64,000 nucleotides of DNA from Raja brachyura (Eukaryota). The stretch's first letter is position 1. Each line of letters starts with the position of its first letter. The stretch covers positions 79,608,001-79,672,000 of the forward strand of contig OY740785.1 of assembly GCA_963514005.1 (NCBI GenBank). The letters run 5' to 3'. Position numbers and translations under genes: made by a program. Of this stretch, positions 50,822 to 62,990 are shown in pieces. The notes beneath the pieces were generated by a model. The model saw only the letters and a program-made list of their open reading frames with translations. It had not been told where the DNA came from and searched no databases.

Positions 50822-53800
50822 CTAGACCAAGTGCAGACCCGTTGGGTCTGTTCCCCCAACGTGTGGTTGCAGGGGGGAGGGAGGGAAGGGAGGAGGGGAG
50901 AGAGGGGTGGGAGAGGGAGGGGGAGAGGTGGGGGATGGGGGAGAGAGAAATGGAAGTGGGGAAGGAGGGTGAGAGGTGTAGGGGAGAGTGGCAGAAGTGG
51001 GAGAGAGAGAGGGGGAAGGGGGAGTGGTGGAAGAGAGAGAGAGTAGTAGGGGAAAGGGATGGGGGAGATAGGGAGGGAGGGGAGAGAGAGAGTGGGTGAG
51101 GGAGAGAGGTGGGGTGGGGGAGGGGTGGGGGAAAGGAGAGAGGTGGAAGAGTGGGAGGGAGGGGGAGAGGGGTAGGGGAGTGGTGGAAGTTGGAGAGAGG
51201 GAGGGGATGGTGGTGGGGGAGTGGTGGAAGAGGGAGAGAGGGGTAGGGGGAAGGGGGTGGGAGGGAGTGGTGGAAGAGGCACAGGGGTAGGGGGAAGGGG
51301 GTGGGGAGAGAGAGGGAAGGGGAAGGTGGAGAGAAGGATGGGGGTGGGGGAGAGAGGGAAGGGGTGGGAGGAGGACGGGGGTGAGGGGATTAGAGAGGGG
51401 TGGGGGAGGGGGAGGGGGAAGAGGGGGAGATGAGAGCAGAGGGATGGGGGAAGGGGAGGGGGAAGAGGGGCAGATGAGAGCAGAGGGGTGGTGGAAAAGA
51501 GGTGAGGAAATGGACAGGTGGTGGGGAGAGGAGAGGGGGAGGAAGAGGGGGAGGGGAGGTGGAGAGAGAGTGGAGGGGGAGAGGGAGAGAGTGGAAGGGG
51601 AGAGAGAAAAAGGGGAGGGAGAGTTGACTTTCCTGTCGAACTAAATCAAATAATAAGATTTCGAAAATGAAAAATAATTTAGATCGATCGCTGTCGAGAA
51701 ACGAAGTCCGAATTACCGTTGGGGAAGAATGTTCTGGAAAAGGTTTCAAAGGCAACTCGAGCAAGCAATGTTCCCCCCAGTCACATGTGTGGGGGATAGT
51801 GGAACAGTGTCCCCCAGTCACATGTGTGGGGGATAGTGGTGCAGTGTCCCCCTAGTCACATGTGTGGGGGATAGTGGTACAGTGTCCCCCTAGTCACATG
51901 TGTGGGGGATGAGGTACAGTGTCCCCCTAGTCACAAGTGTGGGGGAAGTGGTACAGTGTCCCTCTAGTCACATGTATGGGGGAAGTTGTACAGTGTCCCC
52001 CTAGTCACATGTGTGGGGGAAGTTGTACAGTGTCCCTCTAGTCACATGTGTGGGGGAAGTGGTACAGAGTCCCCCTAGTCACATGTGTGGGGAAAGTGGT
52101 ACAGTGTCCCCCTAGTCACATGTGGGGGGGGGGGGGGAATGAGGTACAGTGTCCCTTAGTCACATGTGTGGGGGGTATTAGGTGGTACAGTGTCTCCCTA
52201 GTCACATGTGTGGGGGTTGAGGTACAGAGTCCCCCTAGTCACATGTGTGGGGGATATTAGGTGGTACAGTGTCCCCCTAGTCACATGTGTGGGGGAAGCG
52301 GTAGTGTCTCCCTAGTCACATGTGTAGGGGGGGTGCGGGGCAGCATGTCCCTGAGGGTGGGTGAGGGGGTTAGAGAGGGGTGCGGTAAGGGGAAGGGGAG
52401 GGGAGAGGAGATGGGAAGGTGAGAGGAGAGGGGTTATGGGGAAGAGGGGAGGAAAAGGAGGTGGGGGGGAGAGGAGAGGGGGAGAAAGAGGGGTAGGGGA
52501 GAGGTGGAGAGAGAGTGGGGGAGGGAGGGGAAAAGGTGGGGAATGGGGGAGAGAGAAGTGGAAGTGGGGAGGGAGGGGAGAGGTGTAGGGGAGAGTGGTG
52601 GAAGTGGGAGAGAGGGAGGGGGAAGGGGGAGTGGTAGAAGAGGGAGAGAGGAGTAGGGGAAAGGGGTGGGGGAGATAGGGAGAGAGGGGAAAGAGAGGGT
52701 GGGGAGGGAGAGAGGTGGGGTGGGAGAGGGGTGGGGGAAGGGAGCGAGAAGTGCAAGAGTGGGGAGGGAGGGGGAGAGGGGTAGGGGAAGTGGTACAGTG
52801 TCCCCCTAGTCACATGTGTGTGGGATATTAGGTGGTACAGTGTCCCCCCAGTCACATGTGAGGGGAATGAGGTACAGTGTCCCCCTAGTCACATGTGTGG
52901 GGGAAGTGGTACAGTGTCCCCCAGTCACATGTGTGGGGGATGAGGTACAGTGTCCCCCTAGTCACAAGTGTGGGGGATATTAGGTGGTACAGTGTCTCCC
53001 TAGTCACACGTGTGGGGGATGAGGTACAGAATCCCCCTAGTCACATGTGTGGGGGATATTAGGTGGTACAGTGTCCCCCTAGTCACATGTGTAGCGGAAG
53101 TGGCACAGGTCCCCCAGTCACATGTGTGGGGGATGAGGTACAGTGTCCCCCTAGTCACGTGTGGGGGAAGCGGTACAGTGTCCCACTAGTCACATGTGTG
53201 GGGGAAGTGGTGCAGTGTCCCCCTAGTCCCATGTGCGGGGGGGGGGGGGGGGTGGGGCAGCATGTCCCTGAGGGTGGGTGAGGGGGTTAGAGAGGGGTGG
53301 GATAAGGGGAAGGGGAGGGGAGAGGAGAGGGGAAGGTGAGAGGAGAGGGGTTATGGAGAAGAGGGGAGGAAAGGGAGGTGGAGGGGAGAGGAGAGGGGGA
53401 GAAACAGGGGTAGGGGAGGGGTGGAGAGAGAGTGGAGGGGGAGGGAGAGAGAGTGAAAGGAGAGGGAGAGAGGTGTGGAGAGAGAGGGGGTGAGAGAGGA
53501 GGGGGAGAGAGAGGGAAAGGAGTGGGGGAGAGGTGGGGAGGGGAAGGAGAGGGGAAGAGTGGTGATTGAGGGGAAGAGGGGTAGCAGGGAGTGGTGCAAG
53601 AGCGATGGGAGGGGGGGATGGGGATAAAGAGGGGTGGGAGAGAGAGGGCGTGGGAGTGGTAAGGAGAGAGGGAGATGGAGAGGGGGAGAGGGAGGAGGAG
53701 AGGGGGGTGGGGGAAGGTGTGAGAGGGTTCAGGGAGGGGTGGGAGGGGAAGGGGAGAGAGGGGGAAGAGTGTGGAGGGAGGGGGAGGGGTAGGGGAGAGA

Positions 53801-54848
53801 GAGGGAAGAGTGTACAGGGAGGGGGAGAGTGGTATGGGGACGGGGAAGAGTGAGGAGGGAGGGGGAAGCGGAGAGAGGAGGAAGAGTGGGGGGGAGGGAA
53901 GGGAGGAGGGGGTTTTAAGCATTTTTAAAAAATTACTTGTCTAACGTAAAGTATAGATACGCAATGAAAACTAGAAAATGAATTAAAATTATCACTTGTC
54001 TAAAGATAACACTTGATAACACGGCTGTGGAAATCGGCAAAGAAAAAAGCAATCACTTCAAAGTGGAGTCCTTTGAATAAAGAGAGAATATTAAAAAAAC
54101 GGGAATTTGTGTGTTAATTTGGCGGAGCAAATAACGGAGAACTTAATAAAAATAATTATTCAAATATAAATAAATATTGAAAACATCGTCTACGTTAACC
54201 TTTTCAAAAAAGTGTAAATTGATATAATAAGATTTTCAAAACAAAAGTGTCAAATTAAAAATGAAATAACGGCAGAAATCCAGCGTTTAGATCGATCGCT
54301 GTCGAGAAACGAAGTCCGAATGACCGTTGGGGAAGAATGTTCTTGAAAAGGTTTCCAAGGCAACGCCAGCCGGCAATGTTCCCCCAGTCACATGTCAACA
54401 CAGGCTGCGGGGTGAGGGCTGGGGCTGGGGCCAAGGCAGATCCATTCCGATTGGCCATCTGTGAGGGATGGCATTGTGACATCACACAATGGAACGTGCT
54501 GCAACATCAGGAGGGGGAGGGGGGGAGGGGGGGCTGGGGCTGAGGCAGATGTAAATGAGATCCGTTCCGATTGTCCATCTGACAGATTTACCAACATTCT
54601 ATGGGTGAGAGCAGTTTGATTTTCGAAAAGGGGGGGGGGGGGGGGATGACGACGGATTTTATTAAAAACGGTGTACGTAACGACGTCCAAACGTGACGGA
54701 GAGCGCCGTCGGGAAAGCGCGAGCGTAACGTCCGGGCCGGTGGGAAAAACGGCGGCGTCCGAGGGTCCTGTTTCGGCGGAGCGCGACATCAAAGGGCGGC
54801 GACGCAGCAGACGGTTGTCGACAGCCGGCCACACAGTTTTAATATATA
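50822..54848 (-). mobile_element. Helitron-like unit (~4 kb) with G/A tracts and minisatellites
   Basis: Minus-strand 3' end cagaccc-aac-gggtctg hairpin, 8 nt, CTAG|T. Minus-strand 5' end tatatattaaaactgtgtgg abuts the CTAG of the next unit. Confidence 0.8.
51770..53240. repeat. Two arrays (51770-52330, 52788-53240) of a ~35-38-bp minisatellite gtggtacagtgtccccctagtcacatgtgtggggga
   Basis: Read directly; each unit has a palindromic cacatgtg core flanked by C-run and G-run. Confidence 0.95.
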
Positions 54849-57800
54849 CTAGACCAAGTGCAGACCTGTTGGGTCTGTTCCCCCAACGTGCGGTTGCAGG
54901 GGAGGGAGGGCGGGGCACCATGTCCCTGAGGGTGGGTGAGGGGAGTAGAGAGCAGTGGGGTAAGGGAGAGGAGAGGGGAAGGTGAGAGGAGAGGGGTTAT
55001 GGGGAAGAGGGGAGGAAAAGGAGGTGGAGGGGTGAGGAGAGGGGGAGAAAGAGGGGTAGGGGAGAGGTGGAGAGAGAGTGCAGGGGAGGGAAAGAGAGAG
55101 AAAGGAGAGGGAGAGAGGTGGGGAGAGAGAGGGGGTGAGAGAAGAGGGGAGAGAGAGAGAAAAGGGGGGAGAGGTGGGGAGGGGAAGGAGAGGGGAAGAG
55201 TGGTGTGAGGGGAAGAGGGGTAGCAGGGAGTGGTGCAAGAGCGATGGGAAGGGGTGGGGGGGAGATGGGGATGAGGAGGGGTGGGAGAGAGAGGGGGTGG
55301 GAGCGGTAAGGAGAGAGAGAGATGGAGAGGGGGAGAGGGAGGAGGAGAAGGGGGTGGGGAAGGTGTGAGGGTTCAGGGAAGGGTGGGAGGGGAAGGGGAG
55401 AGAGGGGGAAGAGTGTGGAGGGAGGGGGGGAGGGGTAGGGGAGAGAGAGGGAAGAGTGTGCAGGGAGGGGGAGAGTGGTAGGGGAGGGGGAAGAGTGAGG
55501 AGGGAGATTGCGGGGGGGTAGGTGGCGGTGGAGGGGAAGGTGTGGAGGGGGCTTAGGGGAAGGACGGTGGGGGAGGGCAGGGGGTTGGGAGAGAGAGAGA
55601 GAGCGTGGTGGGGAGAGAGAGAGCGAGCGTGTGGGGAGAGAGGGAGAGAGAGAGAGAGAGAGAGCGTGGGGGGAGAGGGAAGCGGCTTCTGACTTGGGGA
55701 AACCCACAGCTGCAATAAGCGTGCAGGGCTTCATGAGCTGCGCTACCGGTCATGAGAAGCTTCAGCGCGTGATCCAATAGCGGAATGGAGCTATAGAATA
55801 TTTCTTCTGCAGAACTTATGAGTAGATTCAGCGCGTGAGCAATCACTGCCTTCAGATCTGTAGAACAAAGAAGCTATAGCGGAACGGAGCTGTAGAACGT
55901 TTGTTCTGCACAACTTTCTCGATCTTTCTGCGCCTTTAATCCACGGCGGGGGGGGCGGGGCCTGGAGGCAGGTGGGCGTGGATTGGTGGGCATGTGGGCA
56001 TTGTGACGCCAGCAGCTGGCAAGTGCCGTTTATATTTAAAAAAATTAGTTCTGTGACTTAAAAATCTGGGGAAATAATTGACCAAGGAGTGGATTTCTGA
56101 ACTCATAAGTTAAATCCTTACGCTTTTTTGCATCTGGTTTTCGAGGATGGGGGGGGTGGGGCGGTATGCAGTGTCTCACACACACTAACCACCCCCACAC
56201 AAACACACTAACTACCCCCCTTGATATTATATTAATATTATTGATTTGTTCATTTTACCCCATAACGGCCCTATCCACTGACGCATAGCCCCCACCTCGC
56301 AGGCGCGTCTAGAGAGGGGGGGGGGGCGTAGAGAGTGTGGGCAGAGAGAGAATGGGGAGAGACAGAGACAGAAGGGCAGGAGACAGATGGAGAGGAGGGG
56401 GGGGAGGAGGGGAGAGAGAGAGATGGAGAGAGAGAGGAGGGGGTGGGAAGGGAGGGGGAGAGGTGGGGGGAAGGGAGGTCGAGGGAAGGGGGGAGGGGGT
56501 GGATGGGTGTGAAGGGGGAAGGGGGTTTTAGGGGAGGGAGGGTGGTGGAGGAAGGAGGAGGAGGAAGAGACGATTGTGTATAGGATCTTTGGTAGAGAGC
56601 AGAGAGGAAGGAAGGAGAGGGGACGAGGTGAGTAAAGAAGGGGGGGGAGCCGGGCTGCTAAATGAAGAAGGAGAGAGAGAACCGGCTTCTGACTCTGGAA
56701 ACCCACAACTGGAATGAGCGCGCGGGGCTTCACGAGCTGCGCCAACAGTGATGAGAAGTTTAAGCGCGTGATCCTATAGCAGAGAGGAGTAGATTCAGCG
56801 TGTGAGGAGTCGCTGCCCCGAGATCTGTAGAACAAAGAAGCTATAGCGGAACTGAACTGTAGAATCTTTGTTCTGCAGAACTTTCTCGATCTTTCTGCGC
56901 ATTTTAATCCACAACGGCAGGGGGGGGCCTGGAGGCAGGTGGGCATTGTGACGTCAGCAGCTGGTGAGTGGCGTTTATATTTCGAGTTTTGTGATAAATT
57001 TTATTCAAAATCTGGGGAAATAATTGACCAAGGAGTCGATTTCTGAACTCGAAATCGAAATTCTGAAAGTTAAATCGAAATTGTAAAAATCTCTGGATTT
57101 CTAGGAGTTACGTTACACACACACGATTTGTGGTTCGGGGGGGGGGGGGGGTGGGGTGGCATGCGGCGACACACAGACTAACTACCCCCCGCACACACGC
57201 TAACTACCCCCCTTGATATTATATTAATATTATTAATTTGCTCCTTTTACCCCATAACCGCCCTATCCACTGACGCATAGCAACCAACTCGCAGGCGCGT
57301 CTAGAGAGGGAGGGGGGTAGCGAGTGAGAGCAGAGAGAGAATGGGGAAAGAGAGAAAGGGCAAGAGACAGAGTGAGAGGGGGTGGAGGGGAGGAGGAGAG
57401 GGAGGGTGGGTGAGGGGGAGGGTTGGGGAGGATAGGTGAGAGAGTCGGGAGGAGAGCGGAGAGAGGGGGGAGGGAGAGGGGGGAGGGAGAGGGGGGAAGG
57501 GAGAGGGGGGAAGGGAGAGGGGGGAAGGGAGAGGGGGGAAGGGTACAGGGGGAAGGAGGGTGTGGAGGGGGATTGGTTTGACATAACTCGGCCTCGCAAC
57601 GCCTGCAGCCATTGATAACAGCCAGCTGACAACAGCCTTTTAAAGTCGCTAAGGCAAGATGCGTTCATCCAGGAGCGAGCGTTGACAGCAAAGGAGCACC
57701 GGCTTCTGACTCTCTGGAAACCCACAGCTGGAATGAACGCGCAGGGGATGGGAGGGGTGCGCAGGTGGGCGGGGCTTCGCGAACTGCGCCGGCTGTGAGG

Positions 57801-57855
57801 AGAAAGTTCAGTGCGTGAGGAGTTGATGCCCTGAGATCTGAAGAACAAAGAAACT
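54849..57855 (-). mobile_element. Helitron-like unit made of ~1-kb tandem modules
   Basis: Minus-strand 3' end cagacc-caaca-ggtctg hairpin + cacttggtCTAG. Module ggcttctgact..aaacccaca..agatctg..gaacaaagaa recurs at ~55683, 56683 and 57700. Confidence 0.75.
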
Positions 57856-57862
57856 ATATTCA

Positions 57863-58869
57863 GGTATTCCGAAAAACGCAAGGAACCATGGGATTTGTCA
57901 AAGGTCATTCGCGATAAACATTCTTGGCAACTGTGCTGCTGCATGTATACAGACCTGCGTTTCATCCGTAGGCAGGATCGAACCCGGGTCTCCGGCGCTG
58001 CAAGTGCTGTTCAATAGCTACTGGACCGTCCCCGTCCCCTCCCGAGTGTCCCATCCCTGTCTGGGGGCGGCCGGAGATGTCCGGGGTGTCCCTGGACTGA
58101 TGCGAGTCAGACGGGAGTGGCGACCCAGACTTGCAGCCAACGTTGTGAAGAAGTGCAAACTCCAGCTCAACTCCGCCTGTCCCGCCAGATTAACCGACAG
58201 CCCTGGACTGACGGGATACTGGCCCGTGCAGTGGCGGCCCAGGCTTACAGTCAGCGCGGAGAAGAAGTGCTAACTACTGCTCAACTCTGCCTGTCCCGCC
58301 GAGTTAACTGACAGCCCTGGACTGATGGACAACCGGCCCAGAGCAGTGTAGTTAGCGCTTCTTCTCTGCGCTGGTTGTAAGCCTGGGTCACCACTGCAAT
58401 GGGTCGATGTCTCGTTAGTCCAGGGCTGTCGGTTAACCCGGCGGGCCAGGCGGAGATGAGCTGGAGTTTGCGCTTCTTCACAACGTTGGTTGTAAGCCTG
58501 GGCCTCTACTGCACGGGCCAGTGTCCCATCAGTCCAGGGCTATCGGTTAATCCGGCGGGACAGGCAGAGTTGAGCTGGAGTTAGCGCTTCTTCACAATGT
58601 TGGCTGTAAGCCTGGGCTGCCACTCCCGTCTGACTCCCGTCAGTCCAGGGTCACCACCGAAAGTCTCCGATTGCCCCCGGAAAGGAATGGAACACTCAGG
58701 ATGAGAAGGGGACAGTCCAGTAGCAATTCAACTGCGCTTGCAGCGCCGGAGACCCGGGTTCGAATCCCGACTATGGATGAAACGCAGGTCTGTATTGATG
58801 CAGCAGCACAGCTGCAGAGAATGTTTATCGTGAGTGACCTATGACCTGGGCATGCGCCGTGGGAATACC
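57863..58869. mobile_element. ~1-kb foldback (palindromic) element with ~113-bp internal subrepeats
   Basis: ggtattcc / ggaatacc ends. The arms are reverse complements over ~400 bp. Subrepeat gcctgtcccgcc..ttaac.gacagccctggactga occurs 2x forward and 2x reverse. Confidence 0.88.
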
Positions 58870-59394
58870 GAAATTGCGTATTGCTCTTGTTGATTATGCA
58901 TGGAGATGCAAGTTTGCAAAGGCGGACCCTGTATGATATGATTTATATATATTAAAAAAACATTATGCAGAATAAAATATATGTTAAATGCAAAAACTTT
59001 TCAGTGACTCTCAGTGTGCATATCTTCAGGTAGCCCCGGCATTCTCTCTCTCTATCCCTCCCCCACCCAAGTCGCACGAGCTTCTCGTTTTCACCCATCA
59101 AACAGCTAACAATGGCCTGTTTAAATTATTGTAGCGGCGCCTACTGGCACGCGCTAGTATTGAACCCGGCGGTCGGAAGCCGTGGGCAAGTGACCTGGGA
59201 GGGGTCAGGGTATTTGCGCGGTTTTGCTTTCACGCGGCAGTTGTTCGACTGACCACCATTGTGGCCAGTCGCATGTGTATAGACCTGTAGATCAAGGATC
59301 GAGTTCACAATAAAAAACGTTCAAAGAAACTCGTCGTCGTCTTTGCACCGCCGAATTGGTGACCCCAACCTGTCTAGCCGTAGTTAGACAGGGA

Positions 59395-60100
59395 TCATGC
59401 AAGAAGACTATGTTCCCGCAGAATCGGCTGGCATGCGGCAGGGCTCACCTGGGTTCAGACTGCCCATGTTTTGGCCGGATCAACCGCAAGTTTGGTTCAC
59501 CCATGTGGAGGCATAGTTTCACCTGTACAGGATCGTCGTAGATGAGACCATGTACTTCCTCGTTGTGGGGGCTCTGCCACAGGACTGTGCCTCGAAGTTG
59601 AAGCCGTACATAAGAGATCTGCCGGCGGTAAGTATGAAGGGTTGAAGACTCTTCTGCCTCAGCTGCCGGGACAGGGCGGCGAAGATCCTCCACATGAACA
59701 GGATCCGTGACCGGCGGCAGTCCACCATTATGGCGAAGAGTTTGACCCTGATGGACAGGCATCGACCGTGTTTGCTGTTCGAGCTGGCTTTCCATGAGCA
59801 GATGCCGGATGAAGTCCGTTTGATGTTCGCTGGGGCTGACTTCAGCGATCCACAGCACCTCGCGGAGAAGGCCGATGATCTGTGGACCACCGGACGGCGG
59901 GACGTTTGCTCCTTTACCCGCCCTGTTGCCACGGCTAGGGTGCAGCCCAGAAGACATTGAGAGGAAGGTCAGCGGTCGCCCAGCACCGAAGACTCATCGT
60001 CGCAGACGGACGTCGTTGGTGTTATTACCACCTCCGTTATGGTTTTGAAGCCAGACGATGCCGAAGCCCCTGCTCGTTTCAGGGAAATGCCTTGGCCAAT
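59395..60100 (+). pseudogene. gag: Gypsy gag, frameshifted
   Basis: RLPMFWPDQPQVWFTHVE near 59457; LAEKADDLW; Cys/His knuckle WCYYHLRYGFEARRC near 60017. Confidence 0.75.
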
Positions 60101-62990
60101 CGCCCAAAGAGGCGACCGCGATCGGCCTGAACGAACACCTCTACGTCCGTAATCTCCACTCAGGCCACCGTTTCCTGGTTGACTCCGGTGCCATAGCCAG
60201 CATCCTGCCGCCGACCACCCAAGATACCCGTGTCGGTATGGTAGGACCCGTCCTCTCGGCCGTTAACGGGAGTGACATCCGAACTTACGGTACGCGGACC
60301 TTGCACTTTCAACTCCCACCCGTACAGGTGGAAGTTTATCATTGCTGACGTCGCCCAGCCAATTTTGGGGGCCAATTTCTTGCTCGCATTCTCCCTGCTA
60401 GTCGATGTGCGGGGCGGGCAGATGGTCCCGTTGTCGGACCTGTGCCCTGTCGCGCCACGTAACCCTTTAACGTCCCAACAGCAACCCGACAATGTAGCTG
60501 AGGTACAGGAACCTTTCGCAGCCCTTTTGACCGATTTCCCAGAGCTGCTCACGCCCCGGCTCAAAGGGGCTGTGCCTCGTCATGGCGTAATCCACCACCT
60601 TCCCACGGAGGGCCCACCTGTTCACCCGCCACCTCCTGCCCGATAAACTGCGGAAATGGGGATTGTCCGGCGGTCGGATAGCCTTTGGGCTTCTCCTCTG
60701 CAAATGGTACCTAAATGGTCCGAGGGCTGGAGAGCTTGCGGTGATTACACGCGTTTAAACGCTGTGACCACGGCAGATCGGTACCCAGTGCCCCACATCC
60801 AAGATTACTCAGCTCATTTGGAGGGAGCTACCTTCTTTTTGAAGGTCGACCTGGTCGGGGTTATAATCAGATCCCGGTTCACCCAGTCGACATCCCTAAG
60901 ACGGCCACCATTGGCCTTTTCGATTGGTTAAGAATGCCGTTTGGCCTGAAGAACGCCGCTCGCGTTCCAAAGGTTAATGGATCAAGTCGGGCGGGGTTTG
61001 CCATTCATTTTCATCTACCTGGATGATATTCAGGTGGCCAGCAGTTCACAGGTTGAACACATTAAGCACCTTCGCCTGCTTTTTGAGTGGTTGCGTAAGC
61101 ACAGCTTGGTGATATATCCTGCAAAGTGCCAATTCGGGTTGCGCTCCATCTCCTTCTTGGGACACAGTGTCACCCCCCCAGGGTGCCCAATTGTTGCCTA
61201 AGAAGGTCAACGTCATCTTCCATTTCCCGAGGCCACTCTCCATCAAGGGCCTACAGGAATTCATCGGCATGGTGAATTTTTACCACCGATTCGTTCCGTC
61301 AGCGGCCGCTGTTATGCGACCGCTGTTCCAATGTCTTGCAGGCAAGCCAAAGGATCTGGTTTGGTCCAAAGAAACTAGTATAGCTTTCGAGGGTGCAAAG
61401 ACCGCATTGGCCAATGCCACCATGCTGGTGCACCCGAGGGCGTCCGCTCCTACGGCCCTCACCGTCGATGCTTCGGACGTCGCGGTGGGCGCTGTCCTGG
61501 AGCAGCCGGTAACTATCCGCTGGCGTTTTTCAGCAGGCAGCTGTGGGCCCCGGAGTGTAAGTACAGCACTTTCGACAGGGAACTCCTCGCGCTCAGGCAT
61601 TTCCGCTATTTCCTGTCTGGCGATCAGGCATTTCCGCTATTTCCTTGAGGGACGCGTGTTCACTGCCTTCACGGACCACAAGCCGCTCACGATCGCATTG
61701 AGCAAGGTAGCCGATCCGTGATCTGCCAGGCAACAGCGGCACCTCGCCTACATATCCGAATTCACATCTGACATTCGGCATGTAACAGGGAAGCTGAACG
61801 CGCTATCCCATCTGGCTGTTCCTGCGGTTTCCGTTCTGAACCTTGGGGTGGACTACACTGAGCTGGCAGCGGCTCAACGGGCCGATGCCGGCACGGCGGA
61901 TTGCGACAATGCTGATTCGGGACTCAAGCTAGCCGAGGTGCCTTGTGGCGCTGCAGGCGGCGGGTCCTTTGTGATATCTCCACAGGTAGGGCCCGCCCGA
62001 TCGTCCCAGTTGCTTGAAGGCAGCGTATATTTGACACTGTTCACAGCCTAACCCACCCATCCATTCGCGCCACCGCCGCCCTGATTACATCGAAGTTTGT
62101 CTGGCATGGGTTACGGAAACAGGTTGCTATGTGGGCTCGTGTTTGTATCCCATGTCAGACTTCCAAAGTGCAGCGGCATGTGCGGCTGCCGGTGCAGAAT
62201 TTTGCTGGTCTTGATGGCAGGTTTCTGAACATTCATGTTGACCTGGTCGGACCCTTGCCGTGTTCGCGCGGGGCCATGCACCTACTCACCAATATGGATA
62301 GGTTTACCAGGTGGGCGGAGGCAGTAGGAGGCTTGCGCTCGTGCTATTAACTCACATTGGATCGCTCATTTTGGGGTCCTGTCGGATATCGCCACTGAGG
62401 GCTCAGTTTATGTCCTCCCTGTGGTGTGGTTTGGCGCAGCTGTACGGCGAGAAGTTCCACCAGACAATCGCTTATCACCCGGAGGCGAACAGGTTAGTTG
62501 AGCGGTTCCACAGACACCTTAAGTCAGCGTTGAAGGCCCGGCTCACCAGCCCCGATTGGGTTGACCAGTTGCCCTGTGTTCTCCTAGGCATCAGAACTAC
62601 GCCGAAGGAAGACCTCGACGCCTCCTCGGCTGAGCTGGTTTATTGCTCGGTTTTGCGGGTACTTGGGGATTTTGTACCAGCCACCCCGGCTTCGGCCGTG
62701 CTAGCTGACCTTCGCGAGAGGTGTGCGTGTTGGTCCCAGTTCCCATCTTCAGGCATGGGTTGGCCGCGGTGCATGTACCTACTATGTTACAGGATTGTTT
62801 TATGTGCTTATGTTTCCTTCGTAGAGACGTTCACCGCTCGCCGTTACAGCGGGTGTACGAAGGACCGTTCAAGGTGTTAAAGACTAGTACCTCGACGTTC
62901 ACGTTGGACATGGGTGGCAGGGAGGAGTTCGTCTCCGTCAGTCGCCTTCAGTCAGCTTACGTGGACGAGGACAGCCCAGTGACAGAGGCC
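60100..62990 (+). pseudogene. pol: Gypsy pol (PR-RT-RNaseH-IN), multiple frameshifts
   Basis: FLVDSGA (protease); WASPLQMV, GDYTRLN, YLDD (RT); VDASDVAVGAVLEQ, TDHKPL (RNase H); HVDLVGPLP, LVERFHR, YEGPFKVL (integrase). Confidence 0.9.

Noticed and set aside
51770-53240. CRISPR-like array of ~36-bp palindromic repeats
   Set aside because: Units are contiguous with no unique spacers, there are no cas genes and the context is vertebrate; it is a minisatellite.
50812-57965. Long Pro/Ser/Leu- or Gly/Glu/Arg-rich ORFs (also at 9.6-11.3 kb and 23.4-24.1 kb)
   Set aside because: Artefacts of stop-poor polypurine/polypyrimidine tracts, open in several frames on both strands.
58735-58790. tRNA gene (GGTTCGAATCC B-box)
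   Set aside because: No full cloverleaf; matches the V-SINE head and is mirrored in the other foldback arm.
61590-61648. 22-bp direct repeat tcaggcatttccgctatttcct inside Gypsy RNase H
   Set aside because: A small local duplication in a decayed pol; no functional implication evident.
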